Shown in pieces: positions 39,521 through 49,552 of a DNA stretch of 50,132 nt. The stretch lies in contig JANNVX010000008.1 in the NCBI GenBank assembly GCA_031414595.1, positions 1 to 50,132 on the forward strand, in the 5' to 3' direction. How positions within the stretch are numbered: position 1 is the stretch's first letter; the number at the start of each line of letters is the position of its first letter. Made by a program: the position numbers and the translations under genes. This DNA comes from Deinococcales bacterium (GTDB lineage Bacteria; Deinococcota; Deinococci; Deinococcales; JAAFIG01). Below the pieces are notes generated by a model that did not search any database, was not told the DNA's origin, and was given only the letters and a program-made list of their open reading frames with translations.

Positions 39521-42500
39521 CGTGCCACCTGTGTGAAAACGCCGCCCCGACTGATTGACATTTGTTTACCACCTAAACCCAACAAACCAGATAATCGTTC
39601 ATCCCAAAACACACCCATGGCAGGACCCGCCTGCCAATCAGTTGTAGCAGTTGCAGGTGTGAAGTCGATTGGAGTAGCGCGATTCACCGTAAATTGGGCA
39701 GCCCCTTTCTCAGCGTTACCTGTCAGCAAGAAACCCAATTCAAAGGATAGTAGCGAACCATGATGTAACCAACGAGCTTGAGTGTTTGAGAGCGGACCGC
39801 CCGCAGCACTTGTACGTTGATCCATGTAGAAACGTGCAACAGCAAATAATGAATTGGCTGAGTATAACAAGCCATCTGTTCGTAAAGGACCCACTGATTG
39901 CTGACCTGCGGTGTTTGGATCACGGTCAGCCGTCGTTTCCATTGTGTTTAGCCACATGAGTTTAAGTAATTTGGTTTGGCTTAAATCACCCAATGTATCA
40001 AAACCAACTCCCCCATTGGAGCGTAACACACCCGCCAGCCAGCCTGTTGTCATGCCGGCACCACCATCGAGACCTTGATTACCTGTTGGTTGCAATGTCC
40101 AAGCCGATGTGTCCGAAGCTGGACCATTCGCACTTGTGCCAGAACTCCAAGTTCTAAAGAATTTCCCGACACTTGGAGGACACCAATATCCCATATGAAG
40201 TGGCGCACGATTTGTTGTGTCGGCATTGATATTTGTCGGAATAATTGGAGCATTATTAGAAACACTTGCAGCAGCCGTACAACCCAATAAGACATTAGAA
40301 ACAGCAGAGCCAACTAATCCACCTGTGGTACTATCGCCTGTGCGAAGCACACCATTAGATGGAGATAACGTAGTTATTGCTCGAGTAGTCGAATCAATCT
40401 GCGTACCTTCATATTGTCCGAAACCACTTCGACTAACCAACAGTCCAAAAGGGGCGCTTTGGAAAACAGGACGTGAAGCAGGGCGACTTGACTGATTACC
40501 AAAAGCTGCAATCATAGGTGCAAAACCCATGCCAGCCCCGCTATTCACACGATTTGTCCCTGTTTGCCCGGGGATAGTCTGGTACAACCAACTTTGATTA
40601 AAGGCAATTGCCCCATTGTTTGAAGGAGCAGATGGTTGACGGTTTTGCCCAATCTGATCATTGATTAAATTCAGTTGACTGCGGTTTGCACGAAAATCAG
40701 GGTGGTCATAATCGCCAACAATAACACTGCCACCAGCTAAAACAGCTAATTTTGGTAAACCCTCGGAATTACGATAACTCGGATTAGTTGCACCATCGTT
40801 GGTTAAACATGCCCCATTAGAATCTGGGCATTGATACACCAAATCACCAACAATATAAACATTACCACGAACCAGTAAACGTCCCTGCCCAAGCACCTTT
40901 CCACGAATCACCAAATCGCCATTAACATGAATTGTACCCGTGATCGAAATATATGTGGTCGAATCCTGCATTCTACCAGCATCAACAATCAGATTGCCAT
41001 TAAAATAACCAGATTTGCCAGAGTTTGTACCACTAGCTAAGTCGGCTGCGGCTGAATTGCTGGTTTGTGGGAAAATTGTGGTTTGAGTCACGGGAACTTG
41101 AAACATGGCAATGTTTTGTAATGAAGTTGCCGAAGTAATCAAATTAATATTGCGAATCCCGACAGTGCCTGCTGGTTGGCTTACAGCATTAGCAGTTGTA
41201 ACGGCACTCCCATCAGTATTCCTGAGAATTACACAAGGGTCTTGGGTACAAAATGCGACAGACATTGTATTGGCTTGAGGACTATAAGCAACCCAAAAAT
41301 TATTTCTAGCCAAACCGTTGTTATTAATAGCAGATGGAGGTTGAATTGGGGCAAAATTAGGACCCGCATTTAGGACATTATCAGCAGTATTATTGGTTGG
41401 ACGGAAATCACGATTATTGGGACTCGCAAGGGCTTGTTGTACTAACCAGCCACGCCATTGAATAGCAAAACCATTGATTAGCTGCTGGATTGTTCCTGTA
41501 TATGCTGCATTAAAATTAGCGGCAAGTGTAGGGGCAACAAAAACAGGAGCGCTGGCAGGATTAAATATTGCGTTGGCGGCACCCTGTGTAGCACGAATAA
41601 CAGCGTTTAAATCAGTAATATCTGCTATCAAAGCTGCCAATGTCATTGGAGTATTCTGGACATTTACGACTGGTCGGAAACGTACTGCACCGAAAAGATC
41701 ACCAACTCGAGTCCCTGCAAAAGCAGTATTTGCACTAACGGGGTCAAAACTTGCAGGACCAAAAGCAGTAGACCCAGCACGACCAACACCATACACGACG
41801 GCATTACCAAAAGTTGCGAGTGTTCCACTTGGCGCACCACCAATGTAAGCACTCCATTCAGCATCATCCAACAGACCGTCTGTTGTTGTTGGGTTTTCCT
41901 TTACAATAGAAGGAAACTTTTCTGGTACTTCACCATCTGGCCAATTGCCATTCCAGGTCGAACCCGTGATCGTACTTGGTCTTGGATAATTATAGTAGAG
42001 CTTACCAAAGGGTGTTGCACTTGCAGTCCCAGCTGCATCTAAAGCTGCCGATTCTGCCAAATTGGTTGTGGGCGAATAACCTGAACCACTTGGTGTAGTT
42101 GAATTGTATTTATGGCTTGGAGTATTAGTCCCAATTGAAGCATTCGTTCCAGCTTTGGTTAAACCCGGTTCAGAAGCACTCGCCCAAGGAGCCAAATAAA
42201 CATCTGTACCAGTTGATGGCGCTGCTGTACCACGGCTATAGACTGTACCTGCAATCAAAGTGTCGTTATTATGCCCTAACCCATTGAAATTAATAGCATT
42301 AAGCGTACCTAATTTAACCCGCCGAAAACGTGAAGTTGTATCCGTACTCGGTGTGTAGACTCGTTTCATATTATCTACTTGCAAATGACAAAAGGAGCAG
42401 TTAATGTCGTTGGTCAACATCGCAAATTCATCACCCGGAAAAGGTGCACCGCCCACTCGTAAAGTACGCTGAATCCTTCGCAAAGACAATTCTGAACTAC

Positions 42501-43101
42501 CAGATAAGACTTTTGCAGTGGAAGTAACCACCAAGTTAATTTCACTATTGGTATTATCATCTCGACGTAAAACTGTCAATTCAACACTGGAATTACCATA
42601 AGTCCAATTCTGAACACCAGCTGCGGAAGGGTCTGAATCCAATGGAATTTGTACACCAGTATACAAGCTAGGCGCTACAGGACGACGACTCGCGACAGAA
42701 TCTGTGGCGTTTGGCAAAGTTGGGCTGGTTGCACCTGTATAAAAACAACCTTCATTGTTATTCTTATCTGCCTTCATTAGATCACGATAGGCTTGACTGG
42801 TATTTGATGAAGAACCACTCCAAATACCAGTCAGCCATTTTTTATAAGCACAATTATCAAAAGCAATGGCAGACCCACCCTCACCAGACAAGACCCAACG
42901 GCGGTATGGCTCATAAAAGAGATAGCTCATTGCTTCTTCGATGCCTGCTTCAGCCGCGGCCTGTGTTTGAACCGACAAAACTGTATCAGAACTGGAATTT
43001 CGATTTGTCAACGCCAACAAACTCGAAACTACAACTAAACTAGCAATAATCGTTAGAACTGCTAACACTAAAATGAGAGCAATACCCTGAGTCTTTTTCA
43101 T
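39517..43101 (-). CDS. Large PilX/ComZ-like pilus-tip competence protein
   Basis: G|IALILVLAVL lacks Glu5 (PilX/GspK type); QAAAEAGIE; FAMLTNDINCSFCH; beta-solenoid-like stretch (ITGTIHVNGDLVIRG..GNVYIVGDL). Confidence 0.78.
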   Translation of the reverse strand: MKKTQGIALILVLAVLTIIASLVVVSSLLALTNRNSSSDTVLSVQTQAAAEAGIEEAMSYLFYEPYRRWVLSGEGGSAIAFDNCAYKKWLTGIWSGSSSNTSQAYRDLMKADKNNNEGCFYTGATSPTLPNATDSVASRRPVAPSLYTGVQIPLDSDPSAAGVQNWTYGNSSVELTVLRRDDNTNSEINLVVTSTAKVLSGSSELSLRRIQRTLRVGGAPFPGDEFAMLTNDINCSFCHLQVDNMKRVYTPSTDTTSRFRRVKLGTLNAINFNGLGHNNDTLIAGTVYSRGTAAPSTGTDVYLAPWASASEPGLTKAGTNASIGTNTPSHKYNSTTPSGSGYSPTTNLAESAALDAAGTASATPFGKLYYNYPRPSTITGSTWNGNWPDGEVPEKFPSIVKENPTTTDGLLDDAEWSAYIGGAPSGTLATFGNAVVYGVGRAGSTAFGPASFDPVSANTAFAGTRVGDLFGAVRFRPVVNVQNTPMTLAALIADITDLNAVIRATQGAANAIFNPASAPVFVAPTLAANFNAAYTGTIQQLINGFAIQWRGWLVQQALASPNNRDFRPTNNTADNVLNAGPNFAPIQPPSAINNNGLARNNFWVAYSPQANTMSVAFCTQDPCVILRNTDGSAVTTANAVSQPAGTVGIRNINLITSATSLQNIAMFQVPVTQTTIFPQTSNSAAADLASGTNSGKSGYFNGNLIVDAGRMQDSTTYISITGTIHVNGDLVIRGKVLGQGRLLVRGNVYIVGDLVYQCPDSNGACLTNDGATNPSYRNSEGLPKLAVLAGGSVIVGDYDHPDFRANRSQLNLINDQIGQNRQPSAPSNNGAIAFNQSWLYQTIPGQTGTNRVNSGAGMGFAPMIAAFGNQSSRPASRPVFQSAPFGLLVSRSGFGQYEGTQIDSTTRAITTLSPSNGVLRTGDSTTGGLVGSAVSNVLLGCTAAASVSNNAPIIPTNINADTTNRAPLHMGYWCPPSVGKFFRTWSSGTSANGPASDTSAWTLQPTGNQGLDGGAGMTTGWLAGVLRSNGGVGFDTLGDLSQTKLLKLMWLNTMETTADRDPNTAGQQSVGPLRTDGLLYSANSLFAVARFYMDQRTSAAGGPLSNTQARWLHHGSLLSFELGFLLTGNAEKGAAQFTVNRATPIDFTPATATTDWQAGPAMGVFWDERLSGLLGLGGKQMSISRGGVFTQVAR

Positions 43102-43203
43102 ACATCACCTCGAGAACACATCAAATAATTTAACATGACGCTAGTATCAAGCTAATCGCACCACCCTGCAACCCCAAGCTAGGGGAAGTTGTAAAATACC
43201 CGC

Positions 43204-43458
43204 ATGACCCGCATTGAACTTTGCCTTGATTTTATTACCCCAGACACTCGAGAAGCCCTGCTCGAGGTGCTGTACGAAGAACTGCGTATTTCGCCTGGAG
43301 AAATCACGGCTGATGGAAATTTTGAATTAGACCTCATAAACCACGACCCTGAAACAACAAACCCCGATGACGCGCCCTATGTGCGAATCAACGGTTTGTT
43401 GTTTCTAAAAGTTTCACAGCAACGAATGCGGGAACTGATTAACGGACGTAAGCGTTAA
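43204..43458 (+). CDS. NuoE C-terminal-like thioredoxin-fold protein lacking most Fe-S cysteines
   Basis: IELC...[16 protein letters not shown]...APYVRING matches the NuoE/2Fe-2S thioredoxin-like pattern, but only one Cys is present. Confidence 0.6.
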   Translation: MTRIELCLDFITPDTREALLEVLYEELRISPGEITADGNFELDLINHDPETTNPDDAPYVRINGLLFLKVSQQRMRELINGRKR

Positions 43459-45434
43459 GTCTCGAGTAATTGCTTGAAAATAGCTTGCACAACTTGTGGC
43501 TGCCCCCCGCCTGGGCTTTTCATGGCTTCGCCCACAAAGAAACCAAGTAAACCATGTCGTCCGTTCTTATAGGCGCTAACTTTATCTGGATTTGCCTCGA
43601 GAATGGCTTGTAGACTTGGCTCGAGTGAAGCGCGTAATTCTGCGCCAACCTCGAGTTCTGGCATGACTTCAGTTTCTGCTTTAGCTTCTTTGGGTTTTTT
43701 ACTTTCGCCTTTTGCCTTTTGCCCTTCGCTTTTTGTAGCTTCGCTCCAATTATCCTTTAGCCCAATAATTCGGTTGAACACCAGCGCCTCAGGTCTCGAG
43801 TCTACTGGGTCTTGCCAAAAATAGCCGTTGCGTTCAAACTGGTAACGAGCATCGGCGGGTTGCTCGAGAACAATCGCTTCGATTTTACCGTGTAGAAGCT
43901 CAAAGCTGTGCGGGTTGAGGTATGCCAGGAAATCGGTTTCGTCCTCGAGTTTTGCTTCTTGTTCAGGGTTTGGAACGGTGAAAAGACGGTCATACAACCT
44001 CGCTTCAAATGACACAGCCGTTTCGACACTGACCCAGTGAATCACACCAGATGCTTTGCCTTCGGGTAATACTGTACAGTGAATCTCGAGAATATCGCCA
44101 CCCGAAGATTTAACTACATTGGTACATTGTATAATTCCAGCCCCACGCAAACGCACTGTACCACCAAGGGTTAAGCGCTTAAAACCAGTCGTTGGGGTCT
44201 CGAGGAAATCTTCGGTTTCTATAAAAATCTCGCGGGACAAGCTGACGGCTCGAGTCGCATGTTCTGGGGCAACACGCCGACCATTAGGAAGCGGTACAAG
44301 ACCGTCTAAGCTGGCGTTAATCACATCTGGTGGGAAATACGGTAACTCAAGGGTTTGTATGATTTCTAGGTTCTCGAGAACTACTTTTAATGGACGCAAG
44401 ACCGCCATAACCCTTGGGCTGCGGGTGTTCAGGTCATCTCGCACCGCGTACTCGAGCGCACCAATATCCACGGTTCGGTTGGTACGCGACACACCTATGC
44501 CACTGGCAAAAGCACGAATCGCATCTGGGGTGATGCCACGCCGACGCTGGGCGGCGATGGTTGGCATTCTTGGGTCATCCCAACCAGCCACACTACCCGA
44601 TTCGATTAGTTTTCGGAGTTTGCGTTTTGAAACCACAGTGTACTCGAGCGAACGACGACCAAATTCATACTGATACGGACGGGACTTTAGGGCTGGATGC
44701 TGCACATTCTCGAGAATCCAGTCGTAAATGGCTCGGCTATCCACAAATTCTAAGCTGCATAAACTGTGAGTCACACCGTTAATTGCATCGTTCAAGGCTT
44801 GAGCGTAATCGTAGAGTGGGTAAATACACCAGTTTTTACCTTGGCGGTAATGTTCGGTGTGCATGATTCGGTAAAGCGGTGGGTCGCGGAGTTTCATGTT
44901 GGGATTTGCCAAATCTATTTTAGCTCGCAGAACGTGTTTACCGTTTAGGAATTCACCACGGCGCATTCTCGAGAATAAATCAAGGTTTTCTGCAATGCTG
45001 CGCCCACGAAATGGGCTTGGTGTGCCAGCTTTATCTACTGTGCCACGTAGTTTTGCCATTTCATCCGATGAAACACTTTCAACATAGGCTAAGCCTTTTT
45101 CGATCAGTTGCACAGCACATTCAAACATCACTTCAAAATCATCCGAGGCAAATTTAACTTCGGTTTTCCAGCCCATCCACTCGAGGTCTTGGGTAATGGC
45201 TTTTACATACTCGAGTTTTTCGGTTTCGGGATTGGTGTCGTCCATGCGAAGCACCCATATCCCGTTGTAATCGGCAGCCAGACTGTAATTAAGGTTACAA
45301 GCAAAGGTATGCCCAAGATGGGCGTAGCCGTTGGGTTCGGGCGGAAAGCGCGTGACAACTTTTTTCACACGCCCAGACTCGAGGTCGGCTTCTATGGTTT
45401 CAGTAATAAAATTCGGAGCAACAAGACGAGACAT
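43455..45434 (-). CDS. glnS: Glutamine--tRNA ligase with a short C-terminal YqeY/GatB-like tail
   Basis: [40 protein letters not shown]-terminal [18 protein letters not shown]. Confidence 0.95.
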   Translation of the reverse strand: MSRLVAPNFITETIEADLESGRVKKVVTRFPPEPNGYAHLGHTFACNLNYSLAADYNGIWVLRMDDTNPETEKLEYVKAITQDLEWMGWKTEVKFASDDFEVMFECAVQLIEKGLAYVESVSSDEMAKLRGTVDKAGTPSPFRGRSIAENLDLFSRMRRGEFLNGKHVLRAKIDLANPNMKLRDPPLYRIMHTEHYRQGKNWCIYPLYDYAQALNDAINGVTHSLCSLEFVDSRAIYDWILENVQHPALKSRPYQYEFGRRSLEYTVVSKRKLRKLIESGSVAGWDDPRMPTIAAQRRRGITPDAIRAFASGIGVSRTNRTVDIGALEYAVRDDLNTRSPRVMAVLRPLKVVLENLEIIQTLELPYFPPDVINASLDGLVPLPNGRRVAPEHATRAVSLSREIFIETEDFLETPTTGFKRLTLGGTVRLRGAGIIQCTNVVKSSGGDILEIHCTVLPEGKASGVIHWVSVETAVSFEARLYDRLFTVPNPEQEAKLEDETDFLAYLNPHSFELLHGKIEAIVLEQPADARYQFERNGYFWQDPVDSRPEALVFNRIIGLKDNWSEATKSEGQKAKGESKKPKEAKAETEVMPELEVGAELRASLEPSLQAILEANPDKVSAYKNGRHGLLGFFVGEAMKSPGGGQPQVVQAIFKQLLET

Positions 45435-45474
45435 ACCCCTGAGTCTACCGTACAAAAAGCAGTAGAATCTTTTT

Positions 45475-46620
45475 ATGTCCCTTAATTTTTCGCTTAGTTC
45501 TGAACAGATGCAACTCCAAGCCCTCGCACGGGAATTTACAGCTAAGGAAATCATTCCAATCGCTGCCGAGTATGACCGCACCGAAACCTATCCCGAGCAG
45601 ATTCTCGAGAAGGCATTTGAAGTCGGACTTAGTAACATTATTGTTCCAGAACATGCGGGTGGACTTGGGCTTGGGATGCTCGAGGAAATTATCATCGGTG
45701 AAGAAATGGGTTATGGCTGCATGGGTATTTACACGATTCTAATGGCTTCTGAACTTGGTATTACCCCAATTCTGGTCGGCGGAACGCCAGAACAACAAAA
45801 GCGGTTTCTCGAGCCTCTAACCCAAAAAGCTGGTTTGGCAAGTTTTGCCCTGTCCGAAGCGAATAACGGCTCAGATGCTGGGGCAATGCGTACCAAAGCG
45901 GTTCTCGAGGGCGACGAGTGGGTTTTGAACGGCACGAAAATGTGGATTAGCAACGGTGGAATTGCCGAGTTTGCGGTGGTGTTTGCCTCGGTGGATTACG
46001 CCTTAAAAGCCAAAGGAACAGTGGCGATTGTTGTACCAAAAGGTACGGCTGGTTTTAGCCACAATAAAATTCACCATAAAATGGGGCAACGTGCCACCTA
46101 CACTGCCGAACTTGTATTTGATAACGTGCGTGTACCAAAAGATAATATACTAGGTGGCATTGGCGACGGCTTTAAGATCGCCATGAAAACCCTTGATAAA
46201 ACCCGTATTCCTGTGGCGGCTGGCAGTGTTGGCATTGCGCGGCGGGCGCTCGAGGAGAGTGTCAAGTACGCTAAAACTCGGGAGGCTTTTGGTAAACCGA
46301 TTGGCGATTTTCAGATGATTCAAGCCAAACTTGCCAATATGTATATGGGACTCGAGACAGCGCGGCTGATTACTCAAAAAGCCGCGTGGTTGGTGGACGC
46401 TGGGCAGCCGCACAGCATGGAAGCTGCGCTGGCAAAAGCCTACGCTTCGGATATTGCTTTTGATGCTGCCAACGAAGCGATTCAGGTGCATGGTGGTTTT
46501 GGGTATGTCGGTGAATACCCTGTAGAGAAATTACTGCGTGATGTGAAACTCAATCAGATTTACGAAGGCACAAATGAAATCCAACGGGTGATTATGGCTC
46601 GGGGGTTACTGCGCGATTAA
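45475..46620 (+). CDS. Acyl-CoA dehydrogenase
   Basis: [42 protein letters not shown]. Confidence 0.96.
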   Translation: MSLNFSLSSEQMQLQALAREFTAKEIIPIAAEYDRTETYPEQILEKAFEVGLSNIIVPEHAGGLGLGMLEEIIIGEEMGYGCMGIYTILMASELGITPILVGGTPEQQKRFLEPLTQKAGLASFALSEANNGSDAGAMRTKAVLEGDEWVLNGTKMWISNGGIAEFAVVFASVDYALKAKGTVAIVVPKGTAGFSHNKIHHKMGQRATYTAELVFDNVRVPKDNILGGIGDGFKIAMKTLDKTRIPVAAGSVGIARRALEESVKYAKTREAFGKPIGDFQMIQAKLANMYMGLETARLITQKAAWLVDAGQPHSMEAALAKAYASDIAFDAANEAIQVHGGFGYVGEYPVEKLLRDVKLNQIYEGTNEIQRVIMARGLLRD

Positions 46621-46639
46621 GATGTTGTAAGATGAACAA

Positions 46640-46816
46640 GTGGGTAAAGCCAAGGCACGTAAAAAAATTGCTGGATTAGAAAAGCAGGTGAAAGCGCATG
46701 AACTCAAACTTAAAAATGAGCCTCAAGCCCGCAGTGCCAAACACTGGGAGGCAGAAATTGCCAACTGGCAAAAAATTATCAAGCGCAGGCTCGAGCGTCT
46801 TAAAAAAACCAAATGA
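46640..46816 (+). CDS. Small basic protein (58 aa), absent from the ORF track; putative toxin
   Basis: GTG start 6 nt after TAAGAT. Translation: MGKAKARKKIAGLEKQVKAHELKLKNEPQARSAKHWEAEIANWQKIIKRRLERLKKTK*. Confidence 0.7.
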   Translation: MGKAKARKKIAGLEKQVKAHELKLKNEPQARSAKHWEAEIANWQKIIKRRLERLKKTK

Positions 46817-46817
46817 G

Positions 46818-47021
46818 TTGATTCTCAGCGCTCCTCATGAAATTTGGGATGAGCTTTTTGAAGAAGTTGAGAACCTCAAAACACTGTTGCAAAATCGCCG
46901 TTTGGCAATCAAAAAAAGTGTACAAGATGATTTAGATGTACTTTTGTTTTCGTCTTTGGTTCATCTTCATGTTCATAGTGGCGCAATGATAGATGTTGAT
47001 GACGAGATACAAGAAGAATGA
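46818..47021 (+). CDS. Small acidic protein (~67 aa); putative antitoxin partner
   Basis: In-frame TTG 1 nt after the upstream stop: MILSAPHEIWDELFEEVENLK...SSLVHLHVHSG...DDEIQEE. The stop overlaps the next gene's ATG. Confidence 0.55.
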   Translation: MILSAPHEIWDELFEEVENLKTLLQNRRLAIKKSVQDDLDVLLFSSLVHLHVHSGAMIDVDDEIQEE

Positions 47022-48094
47022 TTGAATCTCTTTATCTAAGCATTCAGGTTTCATTGGCATTGTTCAGTATAGTTAATTCACGATTTTGGCTCGAGTTAAA
47101 ACAAAAACCAGTCTCGAGTGGGAAAATTTCTATTCTTATTCCAGCCCGTAACGAAGCGCGAAATCTCGAGAAGTTACTGCCTAGTTTACTCGCTCAGGAC
47201 GCGGCTAATCTCGAGATTATTGTCTTAAATGACCGTTCTGAGGATGACACCAGCGCAGTTCTTGAGCAATTCCCACAAGTACAGGTTCTCGAGGGTTCGC
47301 CACTACCCGCAGATTGGCTTGGCAAGAACTGGGCATGTCATCAATTAAACATGGCTGCCACAGGTAAGATTCTAATTTTTACCGATGCTGACACGACTTG
47401 GCAACCTTTTACGGCAAATGCAATTGCTATTCATCTCGAGACGCAAAAAGCCGATGCGCTTTGTGCTTGGGCTGCCCAAGAAGTGACCGACCCGATTTCA
47501 AAACTGATTCAGCCTTTGCAGCAATGGAGTTTACTGGCGTTCTTACCGCTATTTTTTGTACCCTTACGAATGTTTAGTGTGGCAGTTGCTGCCAATGGGC
47601 AGTGCCTTGCTTTTACTCGAGATTCGTATACCCGTATTGGTGGGCATCAAGCCGTTAAAAAAAGTGTGATTGAAGATATGGCATTGGCTCGAGCCGTCAA
47701 GCACAAACACGGCAAGTTCTTACTTTTTAATGGTGCAAAGGCAATTTCTACCAAGATGTACGCCTCGAGCGAGGAGGCTTTTGAGGGGTACGCCAAGAAT
47801 GTCTATCCAGCCTTTGGTGCAACAAAAATCGCATTTTTTGCGGCTACAGCTTTTAATTTGGGTTTGTACTTGCTACCGTGGTTATTGCTGCCTTTTTGGG
47901 ATTGGGCATGGTTGGCTATTTTGTGTTCAATGCTGCCTCGAGTAATTTCAGACATTCGCAATCGGTATGACCCACTTTACACAATTCTGCATCCGATTGG
48001 CATTGTTATTTGGGCTTTGATTGGCTTTGAAAGTTTACGCCGCTACCATGCTGGACGAATCACTTGGAAAGGGCGCGAGTACGACTTGCGTTAG
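47018..48094 (+). CDS. Family 2 glycosyltransferase, possibly a carotenoid glycosyltransferase (CruC/CrtQ-like)
   Basis: ISILIPARNEA, LNDRSED, WLGKNWACHQL, FTDAD, ANGQ, IEDMALAR; C-terminal TMs; ITWKGR. Confidence 0.85.
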   Translation: MIESLYLSIQVSLALFSIVNSRFWLELKQKPVSSGKISILIPARNEARNLEKLLPSLLAQDAANLEIIVLNDRSEDDTSAVLEQFPQVQVLEGSPLPADWLGKNWACHQLNMAATGKILIFTDADTTWQPFTANAIAIHLETQKADALCAWAAQEVTDPISKLIQPLQQWSLLAFLPLFFVPLRMFSVAVAANGQCLAFTRDSYTRIGGHQAVKKSVIEDMALARAVKHKHGKFLLFNGAKAISTKMYASSEEAFEGYAKNVYPAFGATKIAFFAATAFNLGLYLLPWLLLPFWDWAWLAILCSMLPRVISDIRNRYDPLYTILHPIGIVIWALIGFESLRRYHAGRITWKGREYDLR

Positions 48095-48138
48095 TGGTTA
48101 TGAAACAGAAATTATTCAAGAAATACGTCTGGCAAACC

Positions 48139-48173
48139 AAAGTTAGAAGCTAAAAACCAGCAGCTAGAAGCTA
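48139..48173. repeat. TAGC-family heptamer array
   Basis: aaagtta gaagcta aaaacca gcagcta gaagcta, same family as 13693-13727. Confidence 0.5.
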
Positions 48174-48176
48174 TTT

Positions 48177-49526
48177 TTAGAGCGCTGGCGGTACAGCCGT
48201 AAAAATTGCGACCATCAGTAAAGTCATCACACCTGTTAAAGCTGCAATGGTTAATCTTGGCAACCAAACCACCCGCACCGTCTCGAGTTTTTCCATGCTC
48301 GAAACACTGCTGCCAAGTAACGCACCGACATAAGTAAAGCCGCACCAAGCCAAGCCACCCGCCAACAGATGCCCAAGAATTGTGTCCATGTTGACTCGAG
48401 GGTAAATCAGAATTTGCGACATGCCAAACAGTAGTACAGTCAGTGCTACACCACTGCTGATTAGTCCATATGTCCAAGTCCAAGTAGCATTTTTGCGCCA
48501 GTAAGCAATCAAGTCTAGGGCAATCAAAACGGACAGCGCCAACAGATGTGATCGTAAACTCATACCCAAATCAAAGCCACCAATTAGGCTTAGGGCAATG
48601 GCGCGTTGCAGCAGCAGAAACACACCCACCAAAGTGGCTGCCCCAATACGTTTGGTGGCGTTCTGCACAAATGCGCCCATAAAACCCGCTACGCCAAGCA
48701 AAGCCGCCACATACAACCATTCTGGGCGCTCCCAGAAAACTGTAATTTTAGAAAGCCGATTTTCAAAGCGTTCTTTGGTGATGTTGTCCCATTCGGTTGT
48801 GCCAAATTGCAACATAAACATCAGTGCCGCGCCACATAGCCAAATCGTCAGCCATTCGTTTAAGCTGATGCCACCTATGCCCCGCCAATTGGAATTTTTG
48901 CCGCTCGACAGCGAAAGGGCAATGCCGCAGAGCATTAAGGCAATAAAACCAAGCAGTAAAGTGATGTGCGGTAAGCTCCAAGCCGTGATGTCTACACCAT
49001 AAATTCTGTGCCACAGCAAATCCGAAGGGGCGCTAAAAAGTAGAAATAAACTGACACAAGCAAGGAGTGCCAGTAATGGCTCAGACCTGGCTCGAGAACG
49101 CAGCCCACCTTGTCCGCTCAGCACCAAATACACCATCCCAGCACTGGCAAGCAAACTACAAATGGCAAAACTCGAGTACATTAAAATATGTGGCATCCAC
49201 AAAAAATCGTTGCCCACACCAAAACGCCGATGCCAAGACTCATCCCAAGCCGTAGAAAAGGTCATCAGGGTGGCACTGGTCAGGACGGCAATTGCTCCCA
49301 ATTGACGCAGCACAGGATTGGGTTTGACCACGACTGCATGTTGAATCGGCGAAAAAAGTAACCAATACAAAAATCCAGCAAAACCAACAATCATACCAAT
49401 CAGTATCGCCACACCCAAAACAAAGGTCGGACCCGGAGTGGCTGTTCCACCCCAATAGACCATACCGACCAAAACCAAAATTAAACCCAGTGGAACACCA
49501 ATGCGTTGCGCTCGAGACCAGACCAT
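48177..49526 (-). CDS. Multi-pass membrane protein of unknown function
   Basis: About 12 TM segments with a repeated (W/S)DxxWH...PH motif (WDESWHRRFG..PH; SDLLWHRIYG..PH). Confidence 0.75.
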   Translation of the reverse strand: MVWSRAQRIGVPLGLILVLVGMVYWGGTATPGPTFVLGVAILIGMIVGFAGFLYWLLFSPIQHAVVVKPNPVLRQLGAIAVLTSATLMTFSTAWDESWHRRFGVGNDFLWMPHILMYSSFAICSLLASAGMVYLVLSGQGGLRSRARSEPLLALLACVSLFLLFSAPSDLLWHRIYGVDITAWSLPHITLLLGFIALMLCGIALSLSSGKNSNWRGIGGISLNEWLTIWLCGAALMFMLQFGTTEWDNITKERFENRLSKITVFWERPEWLYVAALLGVAGFMGAFVQNATKRIGAATLVGVFLLLQRAIALSLIGGFDLGMSLRSHLLALSVLIALDLIAYWRKNATWTWTYGLISSGVALTVLLFGMSQILIYPRVNMDTILGHLLAGGLAWCGFTYVGALLGSSVSSMEKLETVRVVWLPRLTIAALTGVMTLLMVAIFTAVPPAL

Positions 49527-49552
49527 AACAACAGTCTAGCTGCGTTTTTGAC

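Noticed and set aside
46698-46817. N-terminal 40 aa of the listed 107-aa ORF 46698-47021
   Set aside because: It overlaps the better-supported 58-aa ORF 46640-46816, which has its own -10 box; only the distal part is taken as coding.
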